From Felis catus (taxonomy: Eukaryota): 64,000 bases of DNA. The stretch is taken from positions 51,958,001 to 52,022,000 of the forward strand of contig NC_058382.1 in the NCBI RefSeq assembly GCF_018350175.1, in the 5' to 3' direction. The stretch's first letter is position 1. Each line of letters opens with the position of its first letter. Made by a program: the position numbers and the translations under genes. Under the pieces are notes generated by a model that did no database searches, was not told the DNA's origin, and worked only from the letters and a program-made list of their open reading frames with translations. Below are positions 37,798 to 50,256 of the stretch, in pieces.

Positions 37798-40112
37798 CTT
37801 TTCTTTTAAACCCTCCAATCACAAAGGGTCTGATTACATTCTCTTTCTTAAGCGGTAGAGGCTACTATCTCCTTCCAGAAGAGAGTAGTAATACTAAAGC
37901 CGCCATAGGCAATACGCAAACAATGGGCGTGGCTGTGTTCCAGCAAAACATTTTTTACAAAATAGGCATCTGCAGATTTGACCCGTAGACTCTGGATTGC
38001 CAGCCTGAGAGCTACACTGAAGCCCTGATGGCTGCCTTTGGACCGTTCTGATTGTCACCAAAGGATGTCTGGATTTAATTTAATTAAACATGCTACAGGC
38101 TAGTAATAATGTACGACTCCCTCAGTTGTAATTCTATGTATTTAAAGAATTCTGTTATTCTCTCCCTGTCCTTATATGTCCGTTTGCTCTATTGCATGAT
38201 TTGTACGTAGGCAAAAAAAAAAAAAAAAAAAAAAAGATGATTTTTTAATGGCTCACTCTTTGAGTGTATTAGCAAAGCATTTAAAATATGACAAGTAAAA
38301 GAGGTAATCGGTTATTCTTAATGACTGTCTTCATTCCAATAAGCTAATCCTGTGATTGTATATTTAGAACTTCCAAAGATCACCGGTAATCACATCAATG
38401 TAATAGGTTTCCATCGGGGTTACTACGTTTTAAAATTCTGTTCTGTTTAATTTCAGACTATAAGGAAGATTGGTCTTTTATGAGAACTTCTATAAAAATG
38501 TCTCTTACAGCAAGTCAGTGCATACCTCAAACTTTTCAGGACCTCCTTTCTGTCCAAGAATCGCTTAAACATTTAACATTTAAGTCTCAGCTGAATCACA
38601 GGGCTTGAAGTCCCTTGGAAATTGGCCACAAGCTCCAAGCCGTGTTGGATTCTGTTGCTTCCTTTTGCCAACTTGGGCTGGTGCATGTGTGCTTCTCATG
38701 CAGGTGCCCAGAAGCCGTCTGATAAGCGCTCTCCTTGCAGAAGCGGAAGGAGAGGTAATCGTGGCCTCAGAAGCTTTCTCTTGGATTCAGTCTGCCACAG
38801 ATTCACTGAAGGGCTCAAGGGCAAGTCACATCTTTTTTGGTTTCAATCTCCTCATCTCTTAAACGGGCAAAGAGGACCAGGTATCTGATTTTCCTTGGAC
38901 ACCTGTTTTAGCAATATATTCTACCCAAGCTCTCAGAGTGGCTTTCTTCTTACCTACTGAACATCGTCTAGAAGCAATGTTTCTCAACTTTTTTCTCCAT
39001 TATCACCCTCTGCCCCAGGAGTATTTTTAGACCTTTCCCCCCTTGATTATAACCCTCCTTCCCTGCCACATAACTTTCACTCAATTTCCGCTATGGTAGT
39101 ATCTTACATAATATAGCACAATTTCAAAACCAGAAAAATGGTTACTGATCAAATTTGGGTTGAGATGCAAGAAAAAACATACCAATTTTAAAATGTTGTC
39201 AGACTCCCCACTTTTAGTTTGCCAGACCCTACCCCACAAAGACAGCTAGGCCTGGTTTCTGCCCTTGAAGGCTTATACACTCACAAGGCATCCATAGTTC
39301 AGAGACAAAACGTCTCTTATATACTGTTGGTTCAGGAGAAATGAATGAGGGGAACCAAATGCTAGGTCTAATAATGTTTCCTTATTCTTTCATTCAGAAA
39401 CATTTCATAAACCTTTATTATTTGCAAGGAACTAGAAAGGAAACAAAAAAATGTTTGGAAATGTCTAGAATGTTCCAGATAATGTCTGTATGTACTCTGT
39501 CCTCAAGGAGGCGAAGCATCTCTCTCACTGCTTAGGTGTGGGCTGCGCACAGTGACTGCCTTCCAGAGAGGACTGTATGGAAAAGGGCCAAGCAGGGAGG
39601 GGAGCATAGCCACAGTGGAGAAACCTGACAGACATGACCTCAGGCGGGAGATCAAGGTTAACATCAACCTTGATCATAAGTCATGGTAGTAGGAGGTACC
39701 CTTGAGATGATGTGATGAGAATGGCACTTTATATCTGTGGCCTCTTCCCAAACACCATTACCCCAAACTAACCATGATAAAGATATCAGAGAATTCCCAT
39801 TTGAGGGACATTCTACAAAATAACTGATTAGCACTCCTCAAAATGGTCATGGTCATTAAAAGCAAGGAAAGGCACAGTCTTGAGGACCTAAGGAGACATG
39901 ACTACTAAATAGACAGTGGTGTCCTCGGTGAGCTCACAAGACAGAGAAAGGACACTGGAGGACATATCAGTAAATAGAAATAAACTTTGGACTTTAGTTA
40001 GTCATAGTGTATGGATGTTGATTTGTCTCAAAAAAAAAAAAGAGGAGTTTCTAGAAATCTGACTGTAAGAATTCTTTCCAACTAATGAATGTCTTTCAGC
40101 AGACTTGTTTGT

Positions 40113-40149
<37 letters not shown>

Positions 40150-40152
<3 letters not shown>

Positions 40153-40349
40153 AAGCTTACTTATGTATTTTGAGAGAGAGAGGGCAAGAAGGGGAGGGGC
40201 AGAGAAAGGGAGAAAGAGAGGATCCCAAGCAGGTTCCACATTGTCAGCACAGAACCCAGTGTGGGGCTCGAACCCAGGAACCATGAGATCATGCCCTGAG
40301 CTGAAACCAAGAGCCAGACATTCAACCGACTGAGCCACCCAGACGTCCC
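40150..40349 (-). mobile_element. CanSINE preceded by a (TG)n microsatellite
   Basis: Reverse SINEC; (TG)n at about 40110-40150; TSD gcagacttgt. Confidence 0.85.
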
Positions 40350-40986
40350 TGCAGACTTGTGTTCTAACAAATAATTTTGCTTTTATCAAGTTTAAAGGAA
40401 CTGAAGGTTATCATGGGGGGCTGAAATCTAGAGCAAATCCAAATCCTTATTAACAGTTATATTCATCTTTTGCTCTCACCTGTTTTTCCCCCAAAGTGGA
40501 TAAGGTGGAACAAAAAAAAGTATGCGAAGGTAAAGAACAGGTTCTAGAACCAGACTGGCTCCGCCCTTTACTGGGTGTTCAACCCAGACAATTTCCTCAG
40601 CTTCTCTAAACCTTAGTCCTGAAACCAGAAACCAGGCTTAGTTCCGCCATCTTAAAATAGGGATAATAATGCCTTCCCAGAGGCCTTTGCACATATTGTG
40701 CAATCAGCTCTTAATTCATATGGTTATTCACCATGGTTTACCTTTCTCCACTATGTGTCAGTTCCTTCAAATGTAGAATGTCACTCACCTTAGTACCTAC
40801 TTCAATTTTTATTATAAGAATTTGGTCGGATAATGTATGCAAAAGTCTCGGCCAATGCATGGTATCTATTATATACTGAATGAATATTAGCTTTCATGGT
40901 TTAGAACTTCCTCTCTGCAGCCCTGGGTGGAAATATATATTAGCAATTGAATCTGAAAGTCAAAAAGTAGAAGAAAATGCTAGAGA

Positions 40987-41400
40987 GCAGTGGTTCTTAA
41001 TTGGGGATGATTGTACTCTGGGGACATTTGATAATGTCTGGAGACATTGTTGGGTGTCACACAAGGAGGAGAATGTGCTATGGCATCTAGGGGATAGAAG
41101 CCAGGATTTTTACTAAATATCCTGTGACGCACAAAAGACCACCAACCCTATCCCGAAGGATTATCTGGGTCCTGTGTCAAGAGCACCGAAGCTGAGAGAC
41201 CCACGGGCAGTTCCGTGGTTCTCAAAGTACGCTCCCTGGACAAGCGGCATTGGCATGACCAGGAACTAGTTGAGATGCCAATTCTCAGGGCCTACTCCAG
41301 AGCCCCAGAATCAGATACTGTGAAGAATGGGTCCCGACAGTCTGTGCTTCGACGAGACCCTTGGGTGATTCTGGTACTTGTTAGAGGTTGAGAAACACTG
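40987..41400. mobile_element. MER20-like and MER5A-like hAT DNA transposon relics
   Basis: cagtggttcttaa...ggacatttgataatgtctggagaca (MER20 type) and cgtggttctcaaagt...gttgagaaacactg (MER5A type) terminal inverted ends. Confidence 0.7.
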
Positions 41401-41968
41401 GAGTAACACATGAGATGGCATGAGTCACCGAACTTCTGCCAACTGCTTCATCTGTTTATGGAGGACTACGTTGCTCACATCCCAGACTCAATCTGCTACT
41501 ATTGCCAAAGGCTCGTTTCCCTCCCCCTCCAAAGATAGTATAGAATAATTCAGAGAAGAAAACGCCTGACTTTATTAATGCTTAGGCAGAACAAGTATCT
41601 TCCAACTGGTGGGTTAAATGTACACCTACAGATTAAAATAAAATTGGAAGAGACACAGTACTTGATACAATTTGAGCAAGAAATCTGTTCAATTTTAACA
41701 TTGTGAAAATAAGCATTTAAATAACTAGGTTATATTTAAGGAACATAGGAATTGTTGATTATTACCTAACTACCCGTACTATATCTTATGTATATTAATA
41801 ACTATGCACTCATCCACTCATTGAGCCTTTATTGAGTGCCTACTATTTTCTAGGTACTACTCTAAGAAGTGGGTGTGGGAAGATACTATATCTTCCAGCC
41901 CCCAAAGCAATGGTTCACAATCGTATGGCATTCTGTAGCTGCTATGTGATCTTGAGGGAAAATGTTTC

Positions 41969-43345
41969 TGGCACAAAAACAGACACTCAGATCAGTGGAA
42001 CAGAATACAGAACCCAGAAAGGGACCCACAAACACATGGCCAACTAATCTTTGACAAAGTAGGAAGGAATATCCAATGGAATAAAGACAGTCTCTTCAGA
42101 AAGTGGTGCTGGGAAAATGGGACAGCAACATGCAGAAGAATGAACCTGGACCACTTTCTTACGCCACACACAAAAATAAACTCAAAATGGATGAAAGACC
42201 TCAATGTAAGACAGGAAGCCATCAAAATCCTTGAGGAGAAAGCAGGCAAAAACCTCTTTGATCTTGCCCGTAGCAACTTCTTACTCAACATGTCTCTGGA
42301 GGCAAGGGAAACAAAAACAAAAATGAACAATTGGGACCTCATCAACATAAAAAGCTTCTGCACAGCAAATGAGACAATCAGCAAAACTAAAAGGCAACCA
42401 ACGTAATAGGAGAAGATATTTACAAATGACATCTAGAAAGAACTTATCCAAGTCAACACCCAAAAAACAATCCAGTGAAGAAATGGGCAAAAGACATGAA
42501 TAGACACTTTTCCAAAGAAGACATCCAGATGACCAACCGACACATAAAAAATGCTCAACATCACTCATCGTCAGGGAAATACAAATCAAAACTACAATGA
42601 GATACCACCTGACACCTGTCAGAATGGCTAACATGAACAACTCAGGCAACAACAGATGTTGGCGAGGATGTGGAGAAAGAGGATCTCTTTTGCATTGTTG
42701 GTGGGAATGCAAACTGGTGCAGCCACTCTGGAAAACAGTATGGAGGTTCCTCAAAAAACTAAAAATAGAACGACCCTATGACCCAGCAATTGCACTACTA
42801 GGCATTTATCCAAGGGATACAGGTATGCTGTTTTAAAGAGACACATGCACTCCAATGTTTATAGCAGCGCTACTGACAATAGCCAAAGTATGGAAAGAGC
42901 TCAAATGTCCATCGATGGATGAATGGATAAAGAAAATGTGGTGTATATATCTCCAATGGAGTATTACTTGGCAATCAAAAAGAATGAAATCTTGCCATTT
43001 GCAACGACGTGGATGGAACTGGAGGGTATTATGCTAAGCGAAATGAGTTCAGAGAAAGACAAGTATCATATGACTTCACTCATAGGAGGACTTTAAGATA
43101 CAAAACAGATGAACATAAGGGAAGGGAAGTGAAAATAATATAAAAACAGGGAGAGGGACAAAACAGAAGAGACTCTTAAATATGGAGAACAAACAGAGAG
43201 TTGCTAGAGGGGTTGTGGGAGGGGGGATGGGCTAAATGGGTAAGGGGCACTAAGGAAGCTACTCCTGAAATCACTGTTGCACTATATGCTAACTAACTTG
43301 GATGTAAATTAAAAAACAAATTAAATTAAATAAAAGGAAAAAGAA
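41969..43345 (+). mobile_element. 5'-truncated LINE-1 (ORF2 3' end, 3'UTR, A-rich tail)
   Basis: ORF2 C-terminal peptides [63 protein letters not shown]-rich end at about 43310-43345. Confidence 0.93.
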
Positions 43346-43454
43346 AAGGCTTCCTGTGAATTTTGTGGTTTTGTGTCTTCTCTCCCTGCTCTTTCTTTTT
43401 CAGTAGGAGCTAATTTTCACATTGTCCGTCTTAGACAGGCTTCAACTTTTTCAG

Positions 43455-44216
43455 CACAGGGGTTGAACTGTGTGTCCCCCTACCTTCAAATTCATGTGTT
43501 GAAGTCTAAACCTCCACTTCCTCCAAATGTGGCTGTGTTTGGAATCTTTAGAGAGGTAATTAAGATAAAATGAGGTCCTATATGTGGCCTGAATCCGATA
43601 GGACTGGTGTCCTCATAAGAAGAGATTAATGGGGCGCCTGGGTGGCACAGTCGGTTGAGCATCTGACTTCGGCTCAGGTCATGATCTCACGGTCCATGGG
43701 TTATAGCCGCGTGTCGAGCTCTGTGCTGACAGCTCAAAGCTTGGATTCTGTGTCTCCCTCTCTCTCTGCCCCTCCCCCGCTTATGCTCTGTGTCTCTCTC
43801 TCAAAAATAAATAAATATTAAAAAAAAAGAAGAAGAAGAGATTAAGACACAAGACACACTGACCGAGAGGCAATCTTGTGAGGACACAGTGAGAAGGTGG
43901 CCATCTGTATGCCAAGGAGAGGGGCATCATTAGAAACCAACCTGCCAGGACTTTGATCTTAGAATTCTAGCTTCTAGAATGGTGAGAAAATAATTAAAAA
44001 AAATTTTTTTTAATGTTTATTTATTTTTGAGAGAGAGAGAGTGAGAGAGAGAGAGCAGGGGAAGGACAGAGAAAGAGGGAGACATTGAATCTGAAGCAGG
44101 CTCCAGGCTCTGAGCTGTCAGCACAGAGCCCCACACGGGGCTCAAACTCACAAACTGTGAGATCATGACCTGAGCCTAAGTGGGACGCCTAACCGACTGA
44201 GCCACCCAGGTGCCCC
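43455..44216. mobile_element. MLT1-type MaLR LTR interrupted by two CanSINEs (43631-43840 plus; 44004-44216 minus)
   Basis: gggttgaactgtgtgtcccc...aaattcatgtgttgaagtc...gaggtaattaag and gaaggtggccatct...ccaaggagagg are MLT1 hallmarks. Confidence 0.75.
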
Positions 44217-44501
44217 AAACTCAAACACATCTTGACTCTTTATCCACTTTACTGAGCCACACTGGTAACTCTGGTTTGGGGCCTAGACTTAGGGTTCTAG
44301 ACTGCACCCTTTCTCTCTTGGTATCCACAGAGCCTAATGCCACGTCTAGCACATGCTGGGCTCTCAGCCGATGCTAGTTGAAATAACAAGCAATAACCAT
44401 GTGAGTCGATCCGTGCCAGACCTGTGGTCAGAATCAACTAGAAAGCTCTGTTGTCATAACTGTTTTTCTCCACCATCTCCCTAACCTGCTTCTGCCTCCA
44501 G

Positions 44502-44735
44502 ATGCCCACACCAGAAACCTGAGCCCACAGCCTCTACCTGGATCTCTCTCTGCCTATGGGGTCGAGGTCACCTATGTAAGGAAGGAATCCCCGAGCTCAC
44601 ATCAGGCAGTCAAACAGCTGGGTTTCCACCCGAAAACCTATGGAACCTTCTGCCACTGATATATGGCTTTGGCGTGTCCGGCTTCTGATTCCAATGTTGT
44701 GAGATTTCTCTGCCATACTCTCTCTCAGCCCCTCA
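44502..44735 (+). pseudogene. Exon 3 of the decayed flavoprotein gene
   Basis: Textbook acceptor (ctaac branch point, pyrimidine tract, tccag|). Reads MPTPET*AHSLYLDLS/AYGVEVTYVRKESPSSHQAVKQLGFHPKTYGTFCH*YMALACPASDSNVVRFLCHTLSQP. TGA stops at 44520 and 44657 are consistent with CGA>TGA; +2 slip in a (CT)n run at 44550-44551; a further shift near the 3' end is needed for a phase-0 junction. The donor appears mutated (ataagt at 44736-44741). Confidence 0.72.
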
Positions 44736-46895
44736 ATAAGTACAAGGAGAACAGGGTAGAGACGTCTTTGCTCTTCATTGTCTAAGAAACTCTAGAGTAC
44801 TTTAAACTTCCCTTTGTGTGTCTTTCATTTTCAAATAAACATTGTCATCAACACTTCTGTTATATAAAAATATGTCAGTGGCATTTATTGATTTCTAACA
44901 AGCAGTTCTGTAACTCTGCCCCCAGAGAGGAAAAAAAAAAGTGTTTCCAGGCACAATATTGGTAAATACAACCTTGACGATGTCTCAGTGTCTGTGGGTC
45001 AGGGATCTAGGTATGGCTTAGCTGATTCCCTCTGGCTCAGCATGGCTCTCAAGGCTGTAGTGAAGGTGGAGGCTGGGCCTGCCCTCATCTCAAGGCTTAA
45101 CTGGGGTCCGTGTGTGGATGTGTGGTTGTGGAGTGTGAATCAAGCTCCCTTGTAAGGCTCTTGTCGGGAGCCCACAGGCCTTCTCATAAGATAGCTCATA
45201 ACATGCCTTCCCTCAGTCAGGGTGACTGAGCAAAGGGGGAGAGAGGCCGGACACCCAGGATGGAAGTCACAGTCTATGACCTAATTCCAGAAGAGACGTT
45301 CCACGTCTTCCGCCATATTGTATTCTTTAGAAGAGAGTTGATCAGTTGAGTCCACATTAAAGGGCAGGTATAACTCAAGACTGTGAATACCAGATGGGGG
45401 TCTTTGAGGCATCTTAGATTCTGCCTTTCATGCCCCGGGAGCACACATCAGGGCTGTCCCTAATCAATACACAAAACTACTACAATGTTAGGCTAAATAG
45501 CTCAAAAGCATATTGGATTATTTTCCTGGGCTTATTGTTAATAAAAAAATCATTAAGAATAAAATATATTTGGGGGGAAGAAAAGGAAAAGGGAAAAAAG
45601 GAATTAGTTTTAATTCCTCTATACGTACCCACTTGTATTTTTGCCTCGGTTCTTATCCAAATGTATAAATATTTTTACATGCTTACAATTCTCTTGGTGC
45701 CCTGTGTTTTTACACATAGCATCATATAGCATCATATACCCATAGCATCATAAAGCATGTTTCTAGAGACTCTTCGTAATCATGATTTTAGCAGGCTGGA
45801 AGTCCTTATTACCCCAAGATCGTTTGGTGTCTTAAAATGAGGACTTCGGCCCCATTGATAAGTAACCAAAATTGTGTTATCAATGGAGGGGAAGCTGTGG
45901 CTATAAATTATGACAGTAAGTTCATTGTATGTGATATTTGCCCAAATGTAGGCCATGATAGCAACTCTGCAGAATTTTAGAAAGAAAAATGAGTCAAATG
46001 TTAATTTGGAGGGGGGGAGGGATGGTTAATTTTCCTGCAAAATTATACAACAGCATTACCAACCTTGTCCTTCACAACTGTCTTCCACATTAGGAACACA
46101 AAGAAGGTCTCACTGGCAAAAATGATATTCAAGAACCTCATGAATTTTGATCAGTAGTCTTTTTTTTTTTTTTAGCCCCATAATCCAATATATTTATTTG
46201 TTAACTCAATTGTTAACTAGTGTGCTTCTGTGGGTTCCTTTGCCCACACTTGAAGCAGATCTCTGAAATAACCGGCATAGATTTCATGAAAGCTCACACT
46301 TTTGGGAAGACTTGCAATTCTGCTTTGTAAAAAATTTCCATTGATTGTGTTTGCCTCATGCTGTTAGAGATTCACTACGGCTGACTATCAGTCAGATCAA
46401 CCAAAAAGATATGGGGGGTAGGCAGGGATAAGTTAGAAGTCACTGTTAATGAGGAAGCAACACTTAAATGGTATTTTATAAGTGCTGAATTCATTACTGA
46501 ACATTTTCATAGCATGATGTTTTTTCCCTTGGAATCACACTTGTCTCCCTTGGCTGCACACCGTATTTTTGGTGCCAGTATTTCTTCTAATGTATTTCCT
46601 CCTGTGGATGCACCATGAGAGTGGGTGGCCAGGCGTTCTTTGATGCCTAGGAAACTTCTCTTTTCCTCACTCAGCATCGGCACCACACAAGCACACACAC
46701 TCAGCTTCCTCCTTGCTAATGCAGTCATGACTGTGTTCATGGGATTTTTGGAACTGGCTTCCCCCTGGCCCTAGGGTGAGGGTGAATCTCCTTCAGTCTA
46801 ACTCAAAAATCAGAATGCTGTCCCCCTTGCTAGTCAATGGTCAATTCAAGGATGAATATGTGGTGTGATTCTGGCCAGGGAGGGGTGTCCTGGAC

Positions 46896-47144
46896 GATTT
46901 CCCTCATTCTTTTTTTTTCAACGTTTTTTTTTTTTTTATTTTTGGGACAGAGAGAGACAGAGCATGAACGGGGGAGGGGCAGAGAGAGAGGGAGACACAG
47001 AATCGGAAGGAGGCTCCAGGCTCTGAGCCATCAGCCCAGAGCCCGACGCGGGGCTCGAACTCACGGACCGCGAGATCGTGACCTGGCTGAAGTCGGATGC
47101 TTAACCGACTGCGCCACCCAGGCGCCCTGATTTCCCTCATTCTT
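46896..47144 (-). mobile_element. Young CanSINE with a perfect 16-bp TSD
   Basis: TSD gatttccctcattctt at 46896-46911 and 47129-47144; CpG-rich body. Confidence 0.93.
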
Positions 47145-47389
47145 GAGTGGGGACACAAGAAAAGGGATGCTCTCTTTTCCTGCCTCTGCATATTCTCGCT
47201 TTCGGGCAGTGGCAGCAACCTCGGAACCGGGAATGGACCCAGTGCAAGAAGAGAAGCTAATGTTCCGAAGAGGACAGCAGACTGAAAAGATAAAAAGAAT
47301 GTGGGTCCTTAAATTACCAGCCCTGAAACCACTCCAAATCAGGCATTCTGGTTACCAGAGATATTTTTGTCCTAACTGTATAAGCAGCT

Positions 47390-47631
47390 TCTTTCTTTCT
47401 TTTTTTTTTTTTAAGTTTGTTTATTTTGAGAGAAAGACAGCGCGAGCGGGGGAGGAGCAGAGAGAGAGAGAGAGAGCAGGAGGAGGGGCGGGGAGAGCGA
47501 GAATCCCGAGCAGGCTCCACACCATCAGTGCACAGCCTGACACGGGGCTTGAACTCAGGAACGGTGGGATCACGACCTAACCTGAGATCAAGAGTCTGCC
47601 GCCTAACCAACTGAGCCACCCAGGTGCCCCC
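47390..47631 (-). mobile_element. CanSINE
   Basis: Reverse SINEC ending gagccacccaggtgcccc. Confidence 0.87.
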
Positions 47632-49277
47632 AAGATCCAGGCTCTTCTGTTCGTCTGTCCAGCCAGGTCCAGTGTCCCCGTAGTATCTCCGTCCTGCTGC
47701 CTCAAGTCCACACACCAGGCCCTCACATCACAGACTTCCAAGTAGAATGCAAACTCTCTTTTCCAAAGCCCCTCTCTTTCCGGGAGGAAAAACCTCTTCA
47801 GAAATTCTCAAGAGACTTTCCCTCATATCTCATTGGCCAGAACTGGGTTACGTGCTGATCCACTGACCTATCACTAGCAAAGAGAAGGCGTGACCTTGAT
47901 TAACTTGGATGATGGAGGTTTACTTGCTGGGGTGGTGCACTTTGCTTCCAGATAAATGCTGGGTTCCCTGAGCAAGGAGGAGGGGAATAGCTATTAGTGT
48001 GTGTCCCGCTAGAATCTGCACTGACGTGAATCGCAACGCGCCTGCAAAAATGCTTCACCTTGGAAGCTCCTCTTACCTGCTAACAGAAGACACCGAATCG
48101 GAGGCCAGTGTCCCTGGCAGATGCATTTTTAGGTTATCCCCAGCTCCTTTTTCTCCCCTTCTTGCTTTAGCTCTTGATACTGTAACACAGAGACGGGTTC
48201 TTTGCTGAGCGCGGATGAAGATTTTTCCCTCCTGGGATGAAGTGTACTGGTGTCTACAGAAGAAAATTTCTCAAATGAGTCACCTCAAAATGTAATGGGC
48301 CTGTGTAGGCTGTCGCCCAGCTCATCCATTAAATCTTTAATTCTGGGCCAAAGTAATCCACGCGTAGGATAAGTTAGTTTAGGTGCCCTTTCCACCCAGG
48401 GTCTGCCGAAGACAGTTTCAGACACGTGAAACCATTCTCAATACACAATCTGCAGTTAATGAAAATGCGTCTACCTTTATTTTTTGTGTGATGCGCTAAG
48501 AGACAGAGAAACTTTCCTCGGATGGAGGTAGGGAAGGAAATGGGAGTTGTATGCAGGATGCAATAAAGCAGGTGCAACAAATACATCTATCTGTCCCAGC
48601 AGATGATAAATTCCTTAAAGGCAGGGACTACGTCTAAGAGGCCACTGAACGTTGGGGCCTGATTTCAAAGGCAAGTTTTGCCGCTTACGGTGTGATCTTT
48701 GGAAACTGGCCTCCCCTCTCTGTATCTCAGCTCATCTCAATAATCAGGACAGAAAAAAGCACGAACTTCATAGGGGGATTCTTTTATAGGAAGTAATGTC
48801 AGAAACAAACTATATGAAATAGACATCGAATCTGAACCTGTTTTGTATAGAGGACTTTGACAGTCTGAGAAACCTACAGAAACCCTCTCAGGATTGTGCT
48901 TTTAAAATACAGTTATCAATTAAAAAAAATGCACGAGTAGAATATATGTGCTTCTTTCACAATGCATGATATAAGATCTAGCGACATAAGATATAAGTTT
49001 TATAACTTGGTTAATTTCAAAGATGTGATAAGCATACACAATGCTTGGGATTTCTGCACCAACCATGATGTCATTTGAAAACACCCAGCATTTTTATTGG
49101 ACATGAAGTTGTGGGTATCACAGTGACTACATTCACAATGGAAGGAAAAGCTACATTCCATTTAGAGGCTGTATCAAAAGAGTTGTAATTTTTTTTTCTG
49201 GTGTCACATTAAGAACCAAATACAGACTGGCATTTTCTTTATTATTAACCTATCATAAGCAACATTTTAGATAAGTG

Positions 49278-49870
49278 GGGTACCTGGGTTGTTCAGTGGG
49301 ATAAGCATCCAACTCTTTTTTTTTAATGTTTATTTATTTTTATTTTTTTTCAACGTTTATTTATTTTTGGGACAGAGAGAGACAGAGCATGAACGGGGAA
49401 GGGGCAGAGAGAGAGGGAGACACAGAATTGGAAACAGGCTCCAGGCTCTGAGCCATCAGCCCAGAGCCTGACACGGGGCTCGAACTCACGGACCGCGAGA
49501 TCGTGACCTGGCTGAAGTCGGATGCTTAACCGACTGCGCCACCCAGGCGCCCCTATTTATTTATTTTTAAAAGAAAGAGAGAGAGAGAGAGCGAGCATGT
49601 GTCCAGGAGCAGCAGAGAGAGAGAGAGAGAGAGAGACTCCCAAGCAGGCTCCACGCTATCAGCCCAGAGCCCCACACAGGGCTCGATCTCACAGACCATG
49701 AGATCATGACCTGAGCTGAAATCAAGAGTTGGAGGCTTAACCAATTGAGCCACCCAGGAGCCCCCAGCACCCGACTCGATCTCAACTTGGGTCTTGATCG
49801 CAGGGTTGTGAGTTCAAGCCCCACACTGGACTCTGTCCTGGGTGCAAAGCCTACTTAAAAATTTTTTTTG
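49278..49870. mobile_element. Triple-nested CanSINEs
   Basis: A plus-strand SINE is split at agca(t/c)c(c)(a/g)actc (TSD 49304-49315 / 49766-49777) by a minus SINE whose tail is split by a younger minus SINE. Confidence 0.85.
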
Positions 49871-50043
49871 AGATAACTTTAATTATCATACCCATCCTCC
49901 ACCAGCATCAGTTATGGGAAATTCCATTCATCTCCTGGCTTGTTGTTAAAAATCATGTGGAGGAACATAGTTTTGTCAGCCTGGCTGATGGGTTTCCTGG
50001 AGCAGAGACCCAGGCTCTTAAGTCTCTTGCCTTTTCCTTATAG

Positions 50044-50256
50044 ATAATGAAGACCATCTTCCATCAAGCATTCAACACCTTCAAGATGGATATTGAGCCC
50101 CGCGCACGGGATGCTGCAATGTGTCTGGGGCAGTGTAGCAGAAGGCTGTTTGAGATCACATGGTCCCAGAGGCGGGCCACCGCTGCCTACATCCAGGGTG
50201 AAGCCAGGGTGGTCACCATGGAGGGGGTGCAGCTCAAGTGCTCAACTTTGACACGG
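50044..50256 (+). pseudogene. Exon 4 of the decayed flavoprotein gene (GD motif)
   Basis: Acceptor gtctcttgccttttccttatag| and donor CGG|gtaagc. Reads IMKTIFHQAFNTFKMDIEPRARDAAMCLGQCSRRLFEITWSQRRATAAYIQGEARVVTMEG/xAAQVLNFDTG. Restoring one base at 50227-50228 (GT>GAT) gives VVTMEGDAAQVLNFDTG, the GD fingerprint. Phase 0-1. Confidence 0.8.

Noticed and set aside
38704..38754. 51-nt AG...GT-bounded segment (VPRSRLISALLAEAEGE) as a cassette exon
   Set aside because: Splice-like signals of this kind arise by chance; the 44502 exon has a much stronger acceptor and a coding-decay signature.
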